A stretch of 64,000 nucleotides of DNA from the NCBI RefSeq assembly GCF_009914755.1, contig NC_060941.1; one strand, given 5' to 3'. The notes below the pieces were generated by a model. That model saw only the letters and a list, made by a program, of their open reading frames with translations. It had not been told where the DNA came from and searched no databases. Shown here piece by piece: positions 13,875 to 52,452 of the stretch; within the stretch, counting starts at the first letter, position 1, and each line of letters starts with the position of its first letter. Both the position numbers and the translations under genes were made by a program. The DNA is from the human T2T-CHM13v2.0 reference genome, Homo sapiens.

Positions 13875-15252
13875 GATTATAAATCTATAGTTTTATTAAG
13901 ACAAAAACTGACAATGTAGTATGAAGTTTACATTTAAACAAAGTTTACACAGAAATCTAACACATGCCTAAAAGAATTTTACAACGTAGCTCTAGATGCA
14001 AGTCTAGACAATATCAAGAACTGATGGTTCTCATGACTCAAGACAGAGCATTTTGGGTATGTTACTTATTAGGATTTCTTAAAAAATTGTTTTGTGTGTG
14101 TATGTGTGTGTTTTAAAGTGAACCACTGCCCAATATGAAAGTTTAATCTTCTCCTGAGACCAAGGCTTTTGAAATCACTAAACTCTTGGATCAATTCAGT
14201 GAAACTTGTGCTGTCAGTGACTGAACCCTGCCAACAATGGTTTCAGTGTTCAAAGCTCAAAGTAAACGGCTCCAAGAGTTTTCCCCACTAAGAGCATGGG
14301 CCCTTGTCTTTCCCTACTGTCTTACCTCCTCTACCACCCTCTTCCTCTTCCTAACACCTCAGCCAGTGGCTTGGATGAACAAGCTGATATTTATAACTTC
14401 GTTACTGGAAAAGAAAGGGTCTTCTAATTTCGGGAATTAGCACCTCTAAGGCAGAATGATCTGCTTGTACTGTATACTCTCCAATAAAAGACCTTCCCTC
14501 CTCGTCAATTTCCATCTCCAAAATGGCAACTTTGGTAACTTATGAACAGGCTTAGTCCTTTGTGGGAACAGCAATAAGTTTAGGCAGGGAACACCTTGGC
14601 TTATAGGTTTCAGACTTTCACAGCTTTTAAACAGTCTCTCACAGTCCTTATTTATGGTGCCAATGACATTTTTTTAAAGGTAAAATATTCTGGACATAGA
14701 AGCAAATCATTAGTTGTCTGTTCTTTTCCATTGCTTCACCATTTCCCCTATCAGGCCCCAAATGTTAATCAAAATGATGCTACCCATCTCCCTTTCTCCC
14801 CTCCCCATCCCTCCCTCCCCCAAATAATACACCAGTAATAGCCAAAAACTACACACATGCTACGCTGTAAAAATGCAGAGTTAACACTATTGGGAAGAAG
14901 GCTGTGGGTTGTGGAGATGCTCTTTGAAGATCTACAGTATTTTTTTGCTCTCCCACACACCCAATTCTGCAAGTTTTGTCCTTCATAGAAGGCCCTTTGC
15001 TTTTCGCAGCAAAGTGCAGAAAAGGTTGCCTTGAAACACTTATCCCCTTTCCCCTCCACTGGGATGGGTGTGCAAACTATACAGCTTGAAACGGCTTTAA
15101 AGCACTTGGGCTGCTGCAGGGCACAGAAACTATACTGGCTCTTCAAAGGACATCTTCTCAAGCCACCTCTATGGTGTCAAGACAAGTAGAACTCCTTCCC
15201 TTCCCACTTGAAACCCACAGTCAGATGTGACAGGGGCTGGTACTCAGGAGCG
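13875..15252 (-). other. CBX1: CBX1 3'UTR (end approximate)
   Basis: Alu-free region between the TAA stop and AATAAA. Confidence 0.85.
13892..13897 (-). terminator. CBX1: CBX1 main polyadenylation signal (AATAAA on - strand)
   Basis: tttatt on +; upstream UGUA motifs (taca at 13929 and 13946 on +). Confidence 0.8.
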
Positions 15253-15477
<225 letters not shown>

Positions 15478-15814
15478 TTAAAAATGGTAATTTTAGAAAA
15501 ATAGGCTAGGGAACAATGAAAACGTGGCCCAAGCAGCATTTACTGGCAATTGTATGTCAAGTGACATCCTCAGAGTTAACTCTCCTGTTGAAAATTCCCT
15601 CTGGGGATTCGTGTATGTCAAAAGCCAGGTCAATGGACTTAACCAATCACATCTGAACATCTGGGCAAGGCCCCAAAAAGCATGACTCTCTAGATTCTCT
15701 GAGGGAAGAGAGGATACCTAGATTCTCTGAGGGAAGAGAAGTTACCACACTCCTCCAAAAGCCATATCCCAGCTGATAAGAACCCATGGAGAAATCTTGG
15801 CTTTGTAATAGGAT

Positions 15815-17659
<1,845 letters not shown>

Positions 17660-18034
17660 GACAGTAGTGAGTCAACCAAAGGAGTACAATCTTAAGCAAT
17701 ATGGAGATACTACTGTAACTCACACTGGTCACATGCAGAAAAAGTATATTCTAGCTAAACTGAGTAACTCACAGTATAACTTCTCCCACCCAATAAGCAG
17801 CATCTTAAAAATGAACTTTTCTCTTATAGGTTAACAATAAATCAGCTAAAAGAGGGGCAGCTCCAGTAACTGCCTAGGGAATACATAGAAGAGAATAGGT
17901 TAGTTAGTTGTGACTCTGGCTTTCAGTGGTGCTAAAGTTAGGCCCCTCCAGCCATACTGTAAAAGAGGATAATTAGTACAGACACGAGTTTCAGAGTAAG
18001 TTCTGGACTGACAAAAGGACAAAGCTCCATAGAC

Positions 18035-18053
18035 TGTGTGTGTGTGTGTGTGT
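18035..18053. repeat. (TG)n microsatellite
   Basis: Direct reading. Confidence 0.85.
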
Positions 18054-18818
18054 TTTAAAGGACAAAGTTTCTAGAATGCTGCCTTCATTGGCAATGGCTT
18101 AGAATTATTCCTTCCAAATTTTAAATACAATCATTGAGATCCACTTTGTGGGGAGAATGAGCAAGAAATAGGAAGAATGGCCTTCTTTTGACAGAGTAGG
18201 AAAATTACAGAGATTGTTGGGATAACTATCTTCATTAGGCTGTTTCATGGAGTATTACTATCACTGGTATTTATACTCATAATGGAAAAAAGCAGGCTTG
18301 CTCTATGCTTGATAGCAGTTAAGGAGCCTTGCTGACCCCTGCTGGCTGATCCTGTAATTGTAGAATCTGCACAAATTGAAAGGGATCCAACAATTAAGGA
18401 CAAAAGGAAGAACTACAGATTCTTTCCTAACCCTGAGAATTTAGCAGAATTTCTGATTCTGGGGCCAGCCTCATCTTTATTAAGGAGGTGGTAGAAGGAG
18501 AGGGTGGTCCAATCACATTTCATTTTCTCCCCCTTTATTTACAGAAGTGAAATGTAATTCCTTCCCACACTCTTTCCACTCTAGATTGTCTCCCACCTCC
18601 TAAAAATATGGGCAAAGACCCAAGATTCCTAAGGGCTCCTACCTGTAACTCATGAGTCCAGGGTGGCAGTCAGGCCGAGGGTCACTATCGAAGGACTATG
18701 CCATCTTAACAATTTCACACTTGGGTGATTGGAATTTCGAAGGTCCAGCTCTTTTCCTCTGGCATGAAACCAATGGGAGAAGAAAAAAAACAACCACACA
18801 GAGCCACTGGCCGACTCA

Positions 18819-19305
<487 letters not shown>

Positions 19306-19761
19306 CCAATCACAAACTCTTTTGCCAATATTTCACCAATACCTTGGCTCAAGTAAGAGAGCTGTTAGAATCCTTTGGAGTGATTATTCATCAATGTCTG
19401 AAGCGCATGAGATTTTCCCTATGTGAAAAGGGACATACAGCCCAAGCAAAATCAATGTTTACAACTATCTCTTCACTCTCAAAAAAACAACTTACTTTAA
19501 GATACTGATTAAGTCAAAATAGCCACCTCACACCTTTAATGATTAAATATTGAAAACTATTTTTTACAAGAATGAATTCACTTGCCCTTATATCTGTCCC
19601 CAGCAAGTTTTCCATTTACTGCTCCTGTACCATGGATAAAAAGTAAGAGATCATGTGGCTTCATGACAGTACACTCTCACTTTGTAGGCATTAGCCTACC
19701 TAAGATTTCAGGACTAAGAAGAGACAGCTGCTAATATCAGGGAAGAAGTAGAACAAAACTA

Positions 19762-20016
<255 letters not shown>

Positions 20017-20237
20017 TCACACTTTCACTCAAATAAGTATACTCATACTAAGGATAATCGTAAGAGGACAAGACCTCAGATGTCTATGGAAAAGCTGAAA
20101 TTCTTGGGGAATGGGGAAGCTTTTTAGTATAAATAGAAAGCTAAGAAACTGGCTTCCTTCAAAGGCAAATGACTTTTATTTGTCAATTTAAATTGGTCTA
20201 TAGCCACACACAAAACTGTTTCTCAGCAATCACTATG

Positions 20238-20490
20238 GGCTGGGTACAGTGGCTCATGCTTGTAGTCCCAACACTTTGGGAGGCCCAGGTGGGAGGACTG
20301 CTTGAGGCCAGGAGTTAAGAGACAAACCTGGGCAACTAAGCGAGACATGGTGGTGCATGCCTGTGGTACCAGCTACTTAGAAGGCTGAGGTGGGAGGATA
20401 CCTTGAGCCTGGGAGGTTGAGGCTGCAGCGAGCTATGACTGCACCACTGTACTCCAGCCTGGGTGACAGAGCGAGACCTCGTCTCAAAAG
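20238..20490 (+). mobile_element. Alu (J-like) lacking the central A-linker
   Basis: Left and right arm sequence fused. Confidence 0.8.
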
Positions 20491-20678
20491 AAATAATTTT
20501 TAAAAAGAAGTCATTCTGCTTTGTATTATAAGCAGTAGGCCATATTCCTAATTAAACAATAAGCCATGAAGGTGGGGACTGAGTCACACTGTATCCATCA
20601 TAGCACTGGAGGTCTCATACATCTCTAGACTCCTGATAAACACGTGGTGGCTACATTTACCTGTGTCAGTGAAACTTA

Positions 20679-20885
<207 letters not shown>

Positions 20886-21071
20886 TTAGGGAGCACTCTT
20901 ATTGGTTAGATAATATCTGGATGGTAAGAAAACCAGGGACATGACAGGTGATAATATTGTATGCTGCTTATAGTAAGTGTTAGGCTTCTTCTCACACTCG
21001 ATACAAAATAGTTTTCTGATATGTCCAGCCAGAAAGCTCATAAAACAGCCCCAATTAATCTTACAGCAAAC

Positions 21072-28773
<7,702 letters not shown>

Positions 28774-28989
28774 CTAGTAACTGAGTTGACTGGACTACAA
28801 ATAGGGGAGTATGGTTTTACAGTATGTACTCAAACCTCAGTTTGAGATCCTCAGTTGTCCTACTTAGCCAACTCGTATGGTTTATATCACAATATTGTAA
28901 ACAAAGAAATCTAGCATTGCCATAATTTTTACCTAAACATTTGCTGAGTCTGCTACATTTGAAGATTCCTAGAAAAATAATACTTTACA

Positions 28990-29150
28990 TTTGCATTATA
29001 CTTTACAGTTTACAAAGTGCTACCACATTATCTCATTTAATCTTCAAAACCATCCTGTGAGATAAGCCATTCAGATGTTATCTCTGCCTCACAAATAGAC
29101 CAAATTTAGATGAAATAGATCACCTAAGGTCACACAATTAAACGAAGCAC
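28990..29150 (-). mobile_element. MIR relic
   Basis: tttacagtttacaaagtgct...ttatctcatttaatcttcaaaaccatcctgtgagataag...cacctaaggtcacaca. Confidence 0.7.
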
Positions 29151-30895
29151 TGCACTTCAGTAAGGCCATCTAGCAAGGCTAGGCTAAATGCCCTGTTGAA
29201 CACATAAAACTAGCAGCTAGCCAAAAACCTACAGGGTAACATCCCTCCAGCCTGTATAAGGAAAGGACACAGAGGTCTCTTAAGATGACTCCTCCCTACA
29301 ATTTGTCACTGGTAAATAAGAAAGTGACTGGTAATGATTTTTCTCAGAAAAGACCTTGAAAGGTATGGCTCTGTTAAAAAAAAAAAACAATGATTTTTAA
29401 TTGGTTTCTGGAATATGAAGGTATTCATTGTTTATTAAACCTGCAGACAGAAACAAAGCTGGGTTTTTAATGCCCCAGCAGTCTTTTGAGTCTTTTAAAT
29501 TGACAAGTGCTACATAGTGTAGAATTTTTTAAGTTAAACATCTAGCAAGCAGACTAGAGAGAGAACTACTGAGAAAATGTCAATTTTAAGAAACCAGGCC
29601 AGGCGCGGTGGCTCATGCCTATAATCCCAGCACTCTGGGAGGCTGAGGAGGGCAGAATCACCTAAGGTCAGGAGTTCAAGAAAAACCTGGCCAACGTGGC
29701 GAAACCTCGTCTCTACTAAAAATACAAAAAAAATAGGCTGGTCACGGTGGCATGCACCTGTAGTCCCAGTTACTCGAGAGATTAAGGCATGAGAATTGCT
29801 TGAACTCAGGCGGCAGACATTGGCAGTGAGCCAAAATCACGCCACTGCACTCCAGCCTGGGTGACACAGCGAGACTCTGTCTCAATAAAAAACAAAACAA
29901 AACAAAAAAAACCCAAAACTTGTTTACAGTGTCCCAAGGAATCCAGGAACAGTGTAAATCTGAATCAAGAGTAATTAATTCATAGCTCAATTTTAAGAGA
30001 AAGAGTACTGTTGTGATTTTCCTCACCCACCCTCCACCCCTGCACTGAGGAGCTAGAAAATGTAAAGAAGCAACAATGCTACTTGACTGCAGAAGGCAGT
30101 AACATAACAGACACAAGCTTAGGCATTTCATTTTGGTTTGAAATAGTTTGTACTGTGAAAGGGTACGAGAAGGCTTCAAGAAGCCAGTATGGCCACAGCT
30201 CTTGGCTGCCACCATAAACATGAACTATGAAGTGCTATGCTAGGAACTTCCACGATTCTGATTTCTTGCCAGTTTGAAAAACCAAATTATAAATGTGAGG
30301 CCATGGTAACACCTACAGACCTAAGAAACTAAACCAGTAGGGTTTCTAGCTAAATGCCAAGGTGAGGCATTTAAAATGTTGGTCAGGGCTGGGCATGATG
30401 GCTCACACCTGTAATCCCAGCACTTTGGGAGGCTGAGGCAGGCAAATTACCTGAGATCAGGAGTTTGAGACCAGCCTGGCCAACATGGTGAAACCCTGTC
30501 TCTACTAAAAAATACAAAAATTAGCTGGGCGTGGTCGTGCACATCTGTAATCACAGCTACTTGGGAGCCTGAGGCAGGAGAATCACTTGACTTCAACCCA
30601 GAAGGCGGAGGCTGCCTTGAGCCTAGATCACACCACTGCACTCCAGCCTGGGCTATAGAGTGAGACTTCGTCTCAAAAAAAAGAAAACGAAAAAGAAAAA
30701 AACAATAAATAAACAAAAATGGCCGGGCGCGGTGGCTCACGCCTGTAATTCCAGCACTTTGGGAGGCAGAGGTGGGCAGATCACAAGGTCAGGAGATCAA
30801 GACCATCCTGGCTAACATGGTGAAACCCCATCTCTACTAAAAATACAAAAAATTAGCTGGGCGTGGTGGCGGGTGCCTGTAGTCCCAGCTACTCA

Positions 30896-31054
<159 letters not shown>

Positions 31055-31066
31055 TCACCTCTATGA

Positions 31067-33262
<2,196 letters not shown>

Positions 33263-34113
33263 TGGATAAAAGCTACTGCTGTAAGAGGATTGGCAAAAAC
33301 CATATTCCTCAAGTGAAATTACACACATTACTGCAGACATAAATCAGTTCTCGGGGCCCAGCACGGTGGCTCAGGCCTGTAATCCCAGCACTTTGGGAGG
33401 CCGAGGTGGGTGGATCACCTGAGGTTGGGAGTTCAGGACCAGCCTGACCAACATGGAGAAATCTCGTCTCTACCAAAAACACAAAATTAGCCGGGCGTGG
33501 TAGCACATGCCTGTAATCCCAGCTACTCGGGAGGCTGAGATAATCGCTTGAACCTGGGAGGCAGAGGTTGCGGTGAGCCGAGATCGTGCCATTGCACTCC
33601 AGCCTGGGCAACAAGAGTAAAACTCTGTTTCAAAAAGAAAAAAAAATCAGTTCTCATAGTTCGCTAGAATGCCGGTGAACATTTTATTTTCTCCATCACA
33701 TTTAGAATAACGATGAAGCAGTAAGGGAAGTAACAACTGATGTGCTTGAAAACAAAACCTCCTCTATATCACATTCAACACCATCCAGTCTAGACCTTTG
33801 TTGTACAGCAATGAAACTGGAAGGGCACTGCTTAAAAGATCCTCAGCATCCCTTTCACCAGAAGAAAGGTAACAGGAGCACCAGAAGCATGATTAGGGTT
33901 CCTATGTGGTCTGCTTCTCAGTGAAAGACCTGTTTAATCAAACACCAGGACAATAAGCAAAGCACAACTGTCACGATTCCAAGCCTTGGCCCCTAATATC
34001 TTTCACTTCTCTGACCTCTCAACTTTATGTTTATAGGTAGTCACGTATAGTTACTATATAACTCAGTTTCTTCATCTGTAAAACAGACTTAATGACCCTC
34101 ATGCGATAACTGA

Positions 34114-34305
<192 letters not shown>

Positions 34306-34834
34306 TAGTAGAGACAGGGTTTCACTGTGTTAGCCAGGATGCTCTCAATCTCCTGACCTCGTGATCCACCCGCCTCGGCCTCCCAAAGTGCTGGAATTAT
34401 AGGCGTGAGCCACCATGCCCGGCCCTGAGAGGTTAGCTTTTATGACTCCTGGCATTAATTATCTATTTATATATTTGCACATACACTCTACTTCTTCATT
34501 ATACACTACTAGAGCAGTATATATTCAGAGATAGCTCTCTGAAACCCAGTGCACTGAGAAAAGTCAATGAGAAAACAACATTTTTGTCCTACAGATCTGG
34601 CTGAAATTCATGACTTGGTTTCTCCAAACAGCAGAGCAGTTCCAGAAAACACTCAGGAAGAACCCAGATATGGCTACTATGAATGAACCAAGAACTACAA
34701 AACAGAGAAACCAAGACCTTATTTCTGGAGGACTGAGACAGAAGAGCTGCCAGAAACAGAAATCACATTGCATATACCGGAAGTGCAGGAATTTCTTTTG
34801 CTTTTCCATTTATCTAGCCCAGGGAGGAGAATAA

Positions 34835-34933
<99 letters not shown>

Positions 34934-34989
34934 TGAGGTCAAGAGTTTGAAACCAGCTTGACCAACATGGTGAAACCCCATCTCTACTA

Positions 34990-35610
<621 letters not shown>

Positions 35611-35749
35611 TAAGAAACTTTGAAGATTGTGATTTCAACCTCAGTTTTTATTTACATGTATATATTTTTTTCTAGCCAATCACCCAATTAAATAAACAGT
35701 CTCAGAATTCATATAGCTTTTGCTGTACTCAAGACAAAAATATGGGAAT

Positions 35750-36500
35750 CAGCTCTGATTCCTCATCCTCCATATCCAGTCTCTCACTAAATCCTGGTAA
35801 TTTTATATCTTAAATATCTTCCAATTCATACTTTTTTCTAGCCCCACTGCTGCTGCTCTATTCGAAGCCACCATCATCTCTTGCAATGGATAACTCCTGA
35901 TCCAATTCATTTTCAACACTAGCCAGTGATTTCAAAATGAAAATCTATCTCTTCACATCATTATCTGTGGGCATTTGAGCTGAAGGCCCCTGCACCTACA
36001 CCTATCAATCATCATTACCTTGCGCTTTGCCCAACTTTTCACTTAACCAATTTCCTTAGCTTAAATGTCACTTCCTTAGAATTCCTTCCCTAGAGCCCCA
36101 GACTGGGTTAACTCTGTATGAACATGCTCCTATTGTATTCATTCACATAACAATTATCTACTGGGCACCTATTACGTGTAAGGTGCTGGAAAAATGGGGT
36201 AGACAAGACAGACAAAATCCTTGATCTCTTAGACCTTATTATTCTAGTGCAGACAAGTGAGTGAGCACTATTGAGTGTGTGCACACATGTGTTTGCAAAG
36301 CATGGCACAGACAATAAACAAGAAAATATTACTGATAAATGTTACAAAGCAAATTTCTTTAGAATAACATTTAAACAGAAACCCGAACTACAAGGAGACA
36401 ACTCAGCCAAAATAAGAAAAGCACTCCAAGGTTAGGGAATAGTTGGTTTGAAAGTCCTAAGGTGAGAATGAGCTTGCTTTATCTGAGGAAAAGAAACATG
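35750..36500. mobile_element. L2 LINE fragments
   Basis: aagccaccatcatctcttgc, cttaaatgtcacttccttag, attcattcacataa...ctactgggcacctattacgtg...ttattctagtg resemble L2 3' regions in both orientations. Confidence 0.6.
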
Positions 36501-36705
36501 GCCAGGTGGAAAGACCTCGACTAGACTGAGGGAATGGGAGGCAGGGAGAAGATGACAATTATTTTGCATATCACTTCTTACTTCATTCCTTTTTCCATCT
36601 AGTTCTTTTTACCATTCCATTTTCTTTCCCCCTCTTTTAACCCGTTTAGGTTGAAGATCTAGTCAGTTAATGGCTATCAAAGTTCATAACTGCAGATCTT
36701 CTAGC

Positions 36706-38620
<1,915 letters not shown>

Positions 38621-39155
38621 GACACAGAAGACAGGTCTCGAAAAAAATTTACAAAAAGGTAAACAATGCAAGTTCAAGTGAGAGTCCGAAATGGCAAGCA
38701 TACATAATTACCAAAAGCAGTATAAGCAATAAAAAGTAGCCATAAACGCACTATAGGAGGTTGGAGGAAGAACTGGCGAGGGCATCAGTAAACATTTTGA
38801 AAAGCTGAGTTTGAAACCAGGCTTTACTAGCATTTGAAAAGGTGTACTGGTAGGGCAATTTGGCTTCAGGAACTGTTGTAAACAAAGGCAATGTGACACA
38901 TATAAACCAGTTTGGGCTGGAGCTGACTGAATAGGAAATATTTTCTACAAGGTTTCCTCCCATTTAAAACAAAAGGCCAAAGTCGTCAGTGTAACACTTA
39001 TATTCTTCGGTTCTTATTCCAGACTAATTATGTCCCTTCTTCCCTCACAAAATCGACATTCCTGTCAAAGACTATAACCTGGCCACAACCTGAACATATC
39101 CTATGTTTCCTCCATAGCTTTGCTCATCTATTAAGTATTAAGAAGTGTGGGCTTA

Positions 39156-40390
<1,235 letters not shown>

Positions 40391-40627
40391 AAGTAGTGTG
40401 CTCCTGTACAGGGCCAACAGTCAAAATCCTATCCATTCTTCAAGACCCAGCTTAAAAATGCTACTTTCTCCATGAAGCCTACCCAACCTAGCTAAATAAT
40501 ATTTCTCTTTTCTTTGGGGTTCCCAAAGCATTCTGTTTCTATTTTTACTTGCACATACAATTAAAGGTAGGTCTGGAACCTGAACAAGTTGTTGAACCCT
40601 ATATGGACAATAAAGATGGATGTCTCA

Positions 40628-45503
<4,876 letters not shown>

Positions 45504-45949
45504 TCACTCTATTCAAATTTTCCAACAAGGAAAAGCTGGCTAAAAACAGAAGGGCCCACGAAACAAATATTACCTCACAATCTCACATAATTTTCCTATG
45601 TCTCCCAATTTCTCGCACCTCACACGATCTCACAATCTCTCACTACCTCACGCCGTTCCTCAACTATTAACTCATCTACATATTTTTACAATTTCATCAC
45701 CTTTGTGAGACCAGTTACGATCCCACACAAAAACGTACGGAACTAATTTTGAATCAAAGCAAGAACTGCACTTGGACTTTTTTAACTCCCCAAAGGAATC
45801 ATGGAGTGAAGGTAGTAGGAAACCTGGAAAACTGAAAAAAGCGTATTCCATCCTTTCTTCGCACATTATTCTTACAGCCTCCCCACTGTAAGGACCCATC
45901 AGGATGCAAGGGCGGCCTGCTTTCCCCTTTTTTCTTACATACCTTATAG

Positions 45950-46980
45950 AAATATTCTCGGGATCTCCGCCCTACTTATCCTAACAGCTCCTCCCCTTCC
46001 AGAGTCAGGCCCAGCAAACGCCTGCCCCTCCCCCTCCGTGTCCCCTTTCCCAATTTATTCCACACATCTCCTCCTCCAATCAGCACACCTTGTGCGGCCC
46101 TGGGCCCTCTTCCAATTCACTCGACGTTACTCCTCCGTAGTCCTGCAAAGCCAGGTTCCTCTGGCAGTCCCAGCCGGACCCGGCGTCTTCCGAATACAGT
46201 TACAAACCTCGGGTTGTGCGGTCGTATGCGCCTCCTCACGCCTATCCAAGCCTCAAGCCTGTCCCCTTCCGCCCTATCCCGCAGCCGCCCAGCCAAGCAA
46301 CATTGTTCCAGACCACCCGGGCCCCGAAGAGCGGCCCCCAAGTGCTCGGCCCACCCCCAAGCACTCAGTCTCTGGCTCAGGATTCGCGCCCCGCCCTCTC
46401 CATCCTTCACGCAGCTGGCACCGACGCCTCAGCGACAGGCGAAGAGCTCAGCGCGGGAAGCGGAGAAGCAGGACGCTGGACCCGGGCGCGCTCCCCGCTC
46501 CTAACCTCCGCCTCGAAAGCGCGTTCCCTCACGCAGGGCTCCCGCCGCCGCCGCCGCCGCGCCCCCTCCCCCAGCTCTCCCGCCTCCAGCGGGCTCCTCA
46601 CCTCAGAGCAGCGCCCAAGAGCCCGAGAGGAATCGGTGCTGCGCTACTGGCGCGTCGCGTCGGGTCGCCTGGGGGAGTGGCGCCCAGGAAGGCAGCAAGC
46701 CGGGTGGCCGCAGTGGCGTCCCTCACTGAAGCGGCGTACCGCAGGCCCCGGCCAACGGCCCTCCCCTCAGCCGAACAAAAGAGCCTCGCAGTCTGCGCTG
46801 CCCGCCGCTCGCACCGCGCAGGCGCAACGACCCGCCGCACGGCACCATGGGCCTCGGGGGTCTGTCCAAGACTACAAGGCCCGAAGCGCCGCGCGCCGCG
46901 CACGCACAGTAGGCGAGGGTGGTAGGGACTTATAGTTTTTAAACTGTAACGGTGGAGAGATTGCAGCGTAGAGCGTTGTA
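45950..46980. promoter_or_regulatory. CBX1: CBX1 CpG-island promoter
   Basis: CpG-rich; nuclear respiratory factor 1-type GCGCAGGCGCA at 46816-46826; two ZNF143-type ACTAYAnnnCCC motifs (46871-46882 on +, 46925-46936 on -); (CCG)6 at 46542-46559. Confidence 0.88.
46602..46830 (-). other. CBX1: CBX1 non-coding exon 1 (TSS approximate)
   Basis: GAG|gtgag donor at 46602/46601 inside a CpG island. Confidence 0.8.
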
Positions 46981-47002
46981 ACCTAGAATATTAGAACATA
47001 TG

Positions 47003-47877
<875 letters not shown>

Positions 47878-48153
47878 TTAGGTCCCCCCATAGGCCTCTC
47901 ATAGCTTCCTGAATTTCCCCCTTTTCACTGGCTGCGCCACAAAAATGTCCTCTTTTTCATTGTAAGTTGTGCTCACCTTTTTCAGTGTCATTAATCTCCG
48001 TCAGCACCTTTCACCCAATCATCCCAAGGAAACACACAATTAGGAAAAAAACATGTTTTTAAGCCACAATATAACTAAAGTTTTATTTTTTTATTTTAAG
48101 GTATCCTTCTAATCAGGAGGAAGAGGGAAACTCTATTGCACTCTACCCCAAAA

Positions 48154-48254
48154 GGCAAGAGTTTGCATTTATAAGACAGTTTTGCTGATGCAGGCACTGT
48201 TCAGGGCAGGAGTTTGCGTTTATAAGACAGTTTTGCTGATGCAGGCACTGTTCA
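48154..48254. repeat. 51-bp tandem duplication
   Basis: ggcaRgagtttgcRtttataagacagttttgctgatgcaggcactgttca x2, two mismatches. Confidence 0.92.
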
Positions 48255-48346
48255 CGGCTCTGGAGAACTGTCATGTAAGAAAAACCCAGCCCAGCAATAT
48301 CATAATAGAGTTTAGTTAAAAGGGCTTCAAGAAAGCACAGAGAAGA

Positions 48347-48926
48347 TGAGAGGTGAAGCCAGCTGGACTTCCTGGGTCGAGTGGGGACTTGGAGAACTTT
48401 TCTGTCTTACAAGAGGATTGTGAAATGCACCAATCAGCGCTCTATACCTAGCAAGGGGATTGTAAAATATACCAATCAGCACTCTGTAAAAACACACCAA
48501 TCAGCCCTCTGTAGCTAGCAAGAGGATTGTAAAATGCACCAATCAGCACTCTGCAAAATGCACCAATCAGCGCTCTGTAAAATGCAGGAATCTAAAAGTA
48601 GCCAATCACAGGGAGGATTGAAAAAAGGGCACTCTGATAGGACAGAAATGGCAAATGGGCAGGGACAAACAAGGGTGTAAAAGCTGGCCCCCTGCCCCCC
48701 ACCCATTCCCGTTAGCCCGCAGCAGCAACCTGCTCAGGTCGGTTTCCACGCTATGGAAGCCTTGTTCTTTCGCGTTCTTTCGCTCTTCACAATAAATCTT
48801 GCTGCTGCTCACTCTTTGGGTCCCTGCCAGCTTTAAGAGCTGTTTTTAACACCATGAAGGTCCGCGGCTTCATTGTTTAAGTCAGGGAGACCACAAACCC
48901 ACCGGAAGGAATCAACTCCGGACACA
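48347..48926 (+). mobile_element. Solo LTR12-family (ERV9; LTR12F-like) LTR
   Basis: TG...CA termini (tgagaggtgaagccagctgg...ctccggacaca), 4-bp TSD AAGA, tandem CCAATCAG repeats, AATAAA at 48791. Confidence 0.92.
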
Positions 48927-49065
48927 AAGAGAGCAATTCTTCCTGAAACATTTGGGCTGGGTTTCTAGGAAGAAGCAAGTGAGAAGCAAGCATCTCCTCA
49001 CTTCCTCCTGTAGTGTACTGTTTTTGACTGATGATGATGAGAAAATTAGTTGTAATGATAATTAG

Positions 49066-52452
<3,387 letters not shown>

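Noticed and set aside
46038-46935. 295-aa and 239-aa + strand ORFs across the CBX1 CpG island
   Set aside because: Pro/Arg/Ala-rich low-complexity products typical of stop-poor GC-rich DNA; non-ATG starts
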